The notes under the pieces were generated by a model, which saw nothing but the letters and a program-made list of their open reading frames with translations, was not told where the DNA came from and made no database searches. Shown piece after piece: positions 54,427 to 64,000 of a DNA stretch of 64,000 nucleotides. Every line of letters starts with the position of its first letter. Within the stretch, counting starts at the first letter, position 1. The position numbers were made by a program, and so were the translations under genes. Origin of the DNA: Eledone cirrhosa (Eukaryota); the NCBI GenBank assembly GCA_964016885.1, contig OZ024742.1, forward strand, positions 53,382,001 to 53,446,000, written 5' to 3'.

Positions 54427-54493
<67 letters not shown>

Positions 54494-55614
54494 AAAATAA
54501 AGGTATATTATGTAGAAAAAATATGTGTAGTAAATTCCTGATAGATGCACTGATCTGGTTCCATTTTTGGTTTGATAAAAGTAACAAAAAAAAAGTTAAA
54601 GAAGAAATAAAAAGAAAGAGAAAGTACCAGTCTTGCTGGTGTTGTATTCCTTATTGAAGCACTGTTGTAGTAGCTATGATATTTAAAATAATTTTCTATT
54701 ATTTTTCCATTTTACAATTGTTACAGTGTCTGATGACGTTTCTTGATATTGCTTATCCTATATGGATTCATTATTCTGCACTACAGAATATTGACACTTG
54801 TGCCTGGAGATATTGATGCCAAAGCATTTATCATCAAACATGTTTTCTAAGCTTTGTTTTTAGTTTTCAGCCCAACTATCACACAAGAGCTACAGTATTC
54901 TGGGAATTCTTCTGAGTGAGTTGCTACTGCAAAGTTAGCAATAGAATCTATATAGCACCTGGATTGGCAGTATCGCTGGAGCATTGGACAAAATGCTTTG
55001 TGGTGTTTAGTTAAGTCTTTCTACATGCCCAGTGCTGTTATTTTAGGGGTAAACTCTTAAGCTGGTTTCAATGTGTGATTTTAAGCTATTTTTTTTCTTT
55101 ACTTCTATAAGATAAATGACTCAATTGATATGGTATTGGACTACCAACTCATGGTTCATGGTTTCAAACCCACTGCAATGTTCTGAGATGTCTACAAACA
55201 AGACATTATATTAGTCACAATTAACATTGGGGAAAAGTTACATGTGATGAAAAACTGGTACCCTATGGAATTGGATTTTTTTCTCAAATCTGCTTAATTC
55301 TACAAAGAACAGAATTAAAAATTGGAGAAGATATGAAGTCATCTGATTCAGGAAAGGATTAAACTAAGTCGCTAATATTCTTGAAACAGATAAAGCACAT
55401 TATATAATCTAATTTCTGATCCTTTATAAGATTATATAAGATCTTTTGCCTACGCAAAATAAAAATCTATGTACATATAGAAATATTCATGAATGTGTGT
55501 ATTGTCAACAAATTCTTTCTATTACTGTGTTTTTTTAAATATTGTTTTTCCTTGAAGACTTTGAAAATCCATACTGATGACAAATTGAAGAAATTGTTCT
55601 CTAAGATAGTATTA

Positions 55615-55915
55615 TCATCATCATTATCCTTTTTCCATCCATTTTTCCATGCTTGCATGGGTTGGCTTGATCTTTCCCACTCCAGCTCCCCTCTACCTGC
55701 TGTATTGCTTCGTCACCTCTTTGCAGTTCAGCATTCTGAGATTCACCTTACCATATCTGCTCAAATTTTACTTGGCCTTCTACTGCAGATTTCTTCCACT
55801 GGGAGCTCCTGGTACTGTTTCACCCAACAGTCATCATATAAAGCTCACTACATTTGATTCCTCTTAAACTCAGTTTCTTTTAACTCATCTATGCTTTGCC
55901 ATTCATGTACATTAC
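55615..55915 (-). mobile_element. Old 3' fragment of RTE-type LINE
   Basis: catcatt..tttttccatgcttgcatgggttgg tail motif and similarity to 23650-24000. Confidence 0.5.
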
Positions 55916-57732
55916 TGTTTTACAAGTTTCAATCATTAGACTATGGCCATGCTGGAGCACTGCCTTAATGAGATTAAATTAATCATGTGGATCCCCAGTT
56001 CCTATTTTTCTAAGTACAGGACTTATTTTATTAATATTGTTTTAGTGAATTCCTAAGATATAGGACATAAACAACCAGTAAATGTAAACACAAATATGTA
56101 CACACATACACATATATATATGATGGGCTTCCACACATTTTCTGTTTACCAAATTTTACTATCAAGGTACTGGTCATCTCAAGGCTATAGTAGAAGACAT
56201 TTCAGACATGTTGGGGGATGGGCTCAATCATGTTTAAAATGCCCAAAATATGCTGTATGTTACTATGGTGACTTTTATGATCGTTTCAGTAGTTATGGCT
56301 TCACACACATACATCACAAAAAATAAATATTCAAAAAGGTATCAGGTAAAGAAGCAAGAAGAGTAAAAAAAGAAATACGCCCTTCCCCCACATCCCTTTT
56401 ATATTTGTTTGAAATCATCCCAAATCTTGTCTCTAAATAAAAAGACTATATACCCTATAGCATTTTCTCCACTTTTCATACACCAGCACTGTACAACCAT
56501 TGACCCTGCTGACCTCCCTGCAACTATGAGTAGAAGATATATATATATATATATTGTAAAACAGGAAAATTAGGAAAACATTCATAATAATTCTGTTAGT
56601 TTCAACATGAGTGATATGCCAAATATTATTAAAAAGATATTTTTGTAGAGCGGACATGATTAAAAAAATTATTAAAGGGAGAGAGAGTCTGCCTATGTTC
56701 TTTGCAGGAACACACACATTAGTGAAATAGATATGGCCAAGCCTAGCCTAGCCTACACATCTGTTAGTTAATATCTTTAGATAAAATATGTCAGTGAAGA
56801 TGGGGGGGGGGGGGGGGGGGCTTAGAAGGTTTGTATGTAAGACAGCTCTCCTCCAACCCGAAAACCATATAGTTTTAATTAACAGGTAAGCAATTAAGGC
56901 TTATTGGGAATTATACATGGGCGTTGGTTTGGCAGAATCATTAGTAAGTTGGACAAAATATTTTATGGTATTTTATTACATCTCAACATTCTAAAATCAA
57001 ATCCCACTGAGGTCAGCTTTGCCTTTTATCCTCTCTATGTGGATGATATATAGTACCAGTCAAGTACTGGGGTGAATTCCATTGAGTTTCTCTAGCTCAC
57101 CCCTAAAATTGCTGGCCTTGTGCCTAAAGAAAACAACAGAAAAACACTTCAATTCCACTGGTGGATGTACCATTTGTTTGATCAATATAATTGTGTCTAA
57201 AATGAATGTACTCGGGACTGAGTATTCTACAAACATGTAATTCCTTTGAATTCTCAGGGAGATACAGTGTGACACAGTATGTAACAAAGCTGAGCCTTTG
57301 AATTACCAGTACAATTTTTTTCCAGTTGAATAGAGTTGAACAACATGAAATAAATTATCTTGCTAAAGGTCGCAATGTTTACTCGTCAGAAATCAAACAC
57401 ATGACATTAGGATCTTGAACTGAATACCTTAACCACAAAGCCAAGTGTGTTCATTAATTGTATTGCTTATAAGCTAAAACTAACAGCCATTCAATTCTAA
57501 GCCCAAAGCTCCAATTACCCAGCCACCCAACATTTTAACCAGTTGAGTAAAAATATGTTCTGCTTGTAAAAATATGTTCTGCCATCGAAACGGCTTGAGC
57601 TCTGCCGTCGGGGTCAAACTTTTTCCTATTCTATATATATATCATCATCATCCTCGTTTAACGTCAACTTTCCACGCTAGCATGGGTTATATATATAATA
57701 ATAAGAAGACTAAGTTTGACAGCCATGATCAA

Positions 57733-58218
57733 GGAGGACCAAATCTACTAAGTCTTGAATGTAATGAAAAAAAGAATCTATTATTTCTTGAACGTAATGA
57801 GGACTGAATCTATTATGGCCTGAATATACTAAAGACTAAATTTATTTTGTCTAGAAAGTACGGAAGACCTATTCCATTATGTCTTGAATGTACCTAAAAC
57901 CAAATTTATTATTTCTTGAAGGTATCTAAAACAAAATCTATTATGTCTTGAATGTAACTAAGACCAAATCTATTATAGTTTGAACATATCAAGGACCAAA
58001 TCTAGTATGGCTTGAATATACCAAGGATCAAATCGATTATTGTTTGAACATACCAAAGAGCAAATCTATTATGGTAGGCATATACCAAGGACCAAATCTA
58101 TTATTGTTAGAACATACCAAGGACCAGATCTATCATAGCTTGAATATACCAAGAACCAAATCTATCATGGCTTGAACGTACCAAAGAGCAAATCTATTTT
58201 GTTTTGAATGTCCCAAGG
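57733..58218 (+). repeat. 32-bp minisatellite, ~15 diverged copies
   Basis: Consensus accaaggaccaaatctattatggcttgaatat; period 32 with no spacers. Confidence 0.9.
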
Positions 58219-59399
58219 TCTTTGGAAACCTAATGAAATTTCTCCCTTGATATGCCAGTAGGGAATTTAATTTGACAATAAATTAGACACATTTTCAATA
58301 GTTTTTGCTGAATATTGCAGGATTTCTTTTGTTGTCAATGGGTTTTAGTTAGATTACAAGAAATAAACAAACATCATGTATTATTTATGAATTTAATTAA
58401 AAGCTTCTGAAGTAATTTGCATTTGAAAACAGAATACATTCTCTAAATAGATTTGTTGTTAACTAACTTTACTGGAGATATGCAATTGCAAATACTTCTT
58501 TCTTTCTCCCTATTATTATTATTATTATCGGTAGAGCGTCTGGCACGATTTAATCGACTTTCTCCTCCCCCTAAATTTCTGGCCTTGTGCCTATAGTAGA
58601 AATTATTATTAGGGCGGTGGATTGGCTGATTCGGTAGAGTGTCAGACACCACACTTAGCGGCATAGAGTTACGGCCCTTTACGTTCTGAGTTCAAATCCC
58701 GCCGAGGTTAGCTTTGCCTTTCATCCTTACGGGGTCGATAAAATAAAGTATCAGTAATGTACTGGGTAATTGCTGGCCTTGTGCCAAAAGTAGAAACAAT
58801 TATTATTATTATTAGCATCGTATATTTTTGTATGAAGTTTGTTGTCTGTTTATCTATTTTCCAAAGTCTTTTATGTTGAACATTTCTTATTGTTACACAT
58901 TTGAACTCACCAGCATTCTTGTGAGCTGGTTAATTTTTCTCCATCTGTAGCGCTTAGCAACTAACTCGGGGTTTGTTTAGCTCACACGCCTCTCAAAGTT
59001 CGTAAGAAAAGATGGTGGACGAGGAATGACCGCCGAAAAGAAGAGCCAGCTATCCGCCAAACGGAACAGCGAAAGGTTACAAATCAGTGACAGCAGCAGC
59101 GGTAGCAACAACCACTCAGCACTGGAAAATTATTACAGTAAATTCCTAAATTTAACACTATCGCCACCTACACAAACAATTAATCAAATGAACAGACACA
59201 CACACAAAAACAACAACAACACAAGCGCAAACACTAACACCACCACCGCCACAACAACTAATATCACAAAAAAATATAACAGAAACAAACGACACAAATA
59301 ACAGTAACACAGATTACACAAAACACATACCCATACTAAACACAAACATACCTGCAACAATACCAATAAAGATAAGTAGACCCCCTTCTTTCTCTTATT

Positions 59400-62300
59400 T
59401 TTTCATCTGGACAATATGACAATTTTAAGTGTATAAATGTATATTGCCTGTGGTCATCTTGGAAGCGAGGTCGCTTTCTCAACGACCTTGGGTCACTAGT
59501 TATGGATGTGACAGCCGTCAGCAAGACCTGATTTTCTGATGCACGCTCTAGCTCCAATTTCTTTTAGGATTTTGAGATCTACGCATTTCTTATTTGAACG
59601 GCAATGTGAGATAGGATAGCAGTGCTGTTTAGGAAAAACTTGGACCTTGTGGTAAGGATGATCTTCTTGGGCCCGGACGGTAAGTTGGTGGGCCTGGACG
59701 TGAGCAATAGTGACTGGTCTCCGATCGTGGCTGGACGGTCTGATTTCTTCAAACATTTAGAAGCTATTTTAGGAACGTCTCACCTTTTACTATTAGCGCG
59801 GGATGGGAACAGCATCTTGGTGTACGCTGGGATTGTGTGAAAGTAACCGATAGAAGTGAGGGGGTGCAAAAGCCTCAAGAACTTGATCAGGAAGTTCAAA
59901 CTATCTGACAGATACCGACTAAATTTCTCGAATTCGCCAGTGTGGACCTGGACCAATCGCATAGGGTCATTTAGATCGTATATAGATAAGTTTTTCATTT
60001 GATTATCAGATAGGGATAGCATACAGTGTCCAAAATTCCAAGCAGCCGCCCATTTAGACCACAAATTCGTGACCTGCATAGTTACCCTAGACAGAACTCG
60101 TAGACGGGGACCCGGTTATTGGAAGCTTAACGCGTCGTTCCCGGAGCGTAAAGTTTACAGTGACCGGATTAGAACATCAGTTAAACAACATTTGACAGAG
60201 GCAGTCGTCAACGACAGGTGGTGGGCTTTCTCAAGCGAACGATTAGAGAAGAGACGATAGCTTTTAGTTAGGAAAACATTGAATTGGGAGGGAGTTAGTA
60301 GCTAAACTAGATTAAGCGATTACGAGTGGCATTGCAACCGACGTGCTAGCTGCAAGAATGGCACTAGACCATTTCTTCAATGCGAAACACAAAGTTTGCA
60401 TTGTCAGAGCTAAGGTGCATGCTCTAAGAAACGAGAGAAAGAAAGCTGTTCAATGGGGCAGATGCGCAACATGGTAACAAAGTCACAATTCGATTTTTGA
60501 CGAACTGTGATGGGCATGTGCTGATCGATTCCAAGCAGATGTGTGCGGATTTTCAGCAGCATTTTACATTACTGTTCGGGCGAGACGGTAGCGGACTACA
60601 GTTCCTTCATCGACGGACTGCTGTGACTCTAAGCGGCTACTGTGAAGTGCTGCGAAAGGCCAATAGCAGCAGCCGAGATACGGTGTGCCCTGGTCAGTTG
60701 TTCGAGGCGCAAATCACCCGGTTTGGATAGTCAGCCCTAAGAGCTTTTCGCACACACGCCAGTCTTGTTCTCCGATCTCATCGAAGAATGGGAGAATTTC
60801 TCACTTTTAAAAGTCGAGGCGTAATAACGCTGATGAGAAAAAAAGGGAACAAGGAGGTCTTTATAAAATATTTCCGGTACATAATTCTGTCCAACACAGG
60901 GTTTAAGACTTTGCCCAAGGAGCTAGCAGCGAGGTTGGCGCTAGTCGTCAAGAGTCTGGTGGGGGAGATGCAAACTTGCCTAATCCCGACTAGTACCACG
61001 CACGACGACATATACCTCGTGTGACACATCATAGAGAGGGTAGGGAGTATACCTGGCTTCGGTGGAGCTTTGATCAATTTGGATCAACCGTAAGCTTTCG
61101 ATAGGATTAACTATCGATACCTGGAGGCTGACATCATGGCAGCCGGATTCAGTTCCGTCTACAGAGGCTAGATCGCTGCAATACACAGCGACATCTGCTG
61201 GGTGGACAAAGTAAATGGCCACCTATCGGAACCGTTCCAGATCACGCGCTCGGTCCGCCAAGGATACCCTCTCTCCTCCATAATGTACTGCGGAAGCTGG
61301 AGTTGTTGCAGGGTGTCCCGCTCGAGCCGGGATGTGAAAGCGCCGTCAGCATACGCGGACGATTTCACCATGATGGTGTCGAACACCTCAGAAATGAAAG
61401 TGGTCGGAAATTTCTTAGCGTAGTATGAAAGGTTGATAAGAAAAGCTCGGCACTTGGAGAAGTAAATCCTTGTAGTTCAACAACATCGTTGGATGCTCGA
61501 CGGAAGAACCAGTAAATATGCTCGAGGTCTGGTTTGGGCCACATCTCGAAGTGGATAGGAACTGGGACGAGCGAACGAGCAGGGTGGCCTCTCCCTGAAA
61601 GCTATCCCTAAAAGGTTGGGTAGAGGTGGCGACGCATACATTGCGTCCGTCATTTATTACCACCTGACTCTCGGGCCTTTCCCCGGACTGCACCTCACCA
61701 ATCTGGAGCGCACCTCAACTTTTTGTGGAAGGAACAGGTTCCACTGGTGAGGTGGTTCATCTGCTGCCAACAACCTTTACACAGAGGGCTTGGCAAGCCA
61801 TGGCTGATGATGCGCAAACATACGCTGAGGATATGTCATCTCTAGATATTTCTAACCGGTGAACATGTGTGGTCATCCTTTGTCAGGCACACCTTTCCGC
61901 AGCTCTTTCACTCGGCTGCAGTCGTAGAATGTTGTCGGGCGCTTACAGCCATCTACCAGTCGGGAAATGACTTTCTCGGAGAAACACTTGGCATCGACGA
62001 AATCGAACTAACCAATCTGTTCCGCTGAACTCTCGACCTGGGAAATATGGACAATTGCCAGAAATCTCTGGCTTGACAGTGCTACGGGGTCACTGCCAGT
62101 TCGAGAGAAACTCTACAGACATGGAAGTGGTGTCAGATGAACCTGTCCGAGATACGCACACGGCGATGAAACCTTTTTTTACGCATTCATCCAGTGTCCG
62201 AGCATTGTTGACGTGGATTTTTGTAGAACAGCTATCATCGCGTGTTGGACAGATTTGCCTATTGACGGCCTTCATTGTGAAGATCGCTCCGCCACCTTCT

Positions 62301-62490
62301 TTTGGTCGGGAAGAACTGGCAGTTATCCTCTGCTGTAACGATAGAAGTTGTGTGGTGGACTCGGCTGAAAAAACTGAAAACAGATGCTTTCCTCTTCGGC
62401 CAAGCCCTCATCAACTTGGCACTGTTGGTAGAGCATCGGACATGTATGGCGCATATAGTTATAGCCATTTACGTTCTGATGTCAAATAAC
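59400..62490 (+). mobile_element. Highly degenerate Tx1/L1-clade LINE ORF2 (EN + RT)
   Basis: RRRGPGYWKLNAS, RGVITLMRKKG, QTCLIP, LDQ..AFDRINYRYL, VNGHLSEPFQITRSVRQGYPLS, SAYADD; many stops and frameshifts. Confidence 0.8.
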
Positions 62491-63786
62491 ATCAAGGCGA
62501 GTACCGGATCCATAAAATAAAGTACCAGTAACGCACCGGGGTAGATTTATTCGACTTTCCCCTCTTCCCCAAATTGTTGGACTTGTGCCTGAATTAGAAA
62601 CTCTTATTTATTTTTTTCATTGCTTATTTATTTACTTATTTATTCTAAATTGCATCTGGAAGTTCCTACGCAAAGAATGTGCCAATTCTGTATATTTAAA
62701 TCAACATTACGAGAGATGAGGTGTTTATTACTTTTAGTATCATTCGTCAAAGATGTGCTGTACCCCTAATTAAAGTATGTGAAGTAGAGTGTTGGCATGT
62801 GTCTTAGTGGTTAGGGATGTTTGGCTCACGATTCTGTGATCATGAGTTCTATTCCTGACGGTACTTTGAGCACGATAATTTATTTTACCACGCTGCAGAA
62901 AACTCTGCTGGGAAAATTAGCTGTACCTGTTATATGCTGGGATAGCCTTGTCGCATACTGTTGTCAGTCTGTCACTATAATGTCAAGATGTCAATTGTAT
63001 CTCCTGTAATTCAATTGACAGGCCTTGTCACACACTGCATCAAGCTGATTCACCCTGGGAACTATGTTATGCGTAAATGTGTCTGTGGGATGCTCAGCCA
63101 ATTGCATACTAATATCATGAGCAGGTGGATAGTCTGGAGCACGCATCGTAGGAACCGACGGAGGTCCAGTATACACATACACACACATACATCTTGTTCT
63201 CCCATTTCGGACATATACCCATGCTACAAAGTTGTATACTAATCTACAAGGCGGCGAATTAGCAGAGTCGTTAAAACGCCGGATAAAATGATTTGCAGTA
63301 TTCGTTCCAACTCTCTGCTCACTGAGTTCAAATCCCATATGGTCAACTTTGTCTTTCATCCTTTCGGGGTCGATAAAAAAAAGTACCAGTCTAGTACTGA
63401 GGTCGATTCTGCTTCTATATCTCTTTCTCACTTCCCATCTCTCACTTTCTATCTTTCTCTGGAAGAAATCTGCTGTTTTCAGGTCTGGAGAGGGATGGGC
63501 TCCACCAGACTTAAAATACTCTAGAAAAGCTGTATGCTAATACAGCGACTCCACCAGGAATTACGGGACATCTCTCTCTCTTCTCTTATACCAATCTACA
63601 TCTTGGCAACAACACACCTTTACTTAAACATTTCAACGCAGACTATTTATTTATTTCCACTACCACACCCCGCTTTGACCCTGCCCCCTTAACAGCAGCA
63701 TGTCATACACACTCACTGCTATTATTTCCCCCCATCCTCAGTGTTTATGTATACATACATATGTGTGTGTGTGTGTGTGTGTGTCT

Positions 63787-63835
<49 letters not shown>

Positions 63836-63858
63836 TTTTATTAAGGCTGAAAAGTGAG

Positions 63859-63908
63859 TCTTGTTACTCTGGAGTTTCGGCTGTTTATCACAGGGTCATC
63901 AGAAAAGA
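63859..63908 (-). ncRNA. Type I hammerhead motif
   Basis: tctttt-CTGATGA-ccctgt gataa acagcc-GAAA-ctccagag-TA-acaaga; a related folded-back copy lies at ~53795-53915. Confidence 0.7.
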
Positions 63909-63943
63909 ACTCTGTGTATGAGCATATATATATATATATATAA

Positions 63944-63975
<32 letters not shown>

Positions 63976-64000
63976 GGTAAACAGATATAACAAAACGGCG

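Noticed and set aside
54727-54816. Possible exon after ttacag (CLMTFLDIAYPIWIHYS...)
   Set aside because: Short, ends in a stop, no recognisable homology and no partner exons.
56708-56885. Possible non-coding exon (tttgcag ... AACAG|GTAAGC)
   Set aside because: Only splice-like signals support it; no ORF or other evidence.
57733-58218. CRISPR-like array (32-bp period)
   Set aside because: Units are contiguous with no unique spacers, there are no cas genes, and the context is eukaryotic.
59026-59301. N/T-rich ORF upstream of the Tx1 remnant
   Set aside because: Low complexity; may be a decayed ORF1 end but no gag/zinc-knuckle motif is visible.

Overview
Eukaryotic, AT-rich, microsatellite-saturated genomic DNA. 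The repeat vocabulary ((TA)n, (CAT)n LINE tails, a tRNA-headed SINE) looks like an octopus/cephalopod genome; this is inference, not proven. One host gene is visible on the + strand: a four-TM TMEM221/Jiraiya-like gene with exons at ~1617-1675 (tentative), 23136-23396, 25928-26013 and 40010-40233. It has a GC-AG intron, encodes about 209 aa and ends in -STLV. The rest is mostly mobile DNA: an apparently intact RTE LINE ORF (36127-39261, -), a tail-to-tail inverted pair of ~4-kb RTE-type LINEs (27.3-35.3 kb), a 5'-inverted RTE, decayed RTE and Tx1-type LINEs, Penelope-like element (PLE) fragments, an internally deleted mariner, MITEs, about 20 SINE copies and a 32-bp minisatellite. The most striking unannotated signal is about 20 type I hammerhead-ribozyme motifs from many unrelated families, with visible covariation. 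Most sit in short fold-back (hairpin) elements inserted in (TA)n. Inside the host gene, every motif with an intact core is antisense, and the sense-strand copies are crippled. All coordinates and folds were read by eye.
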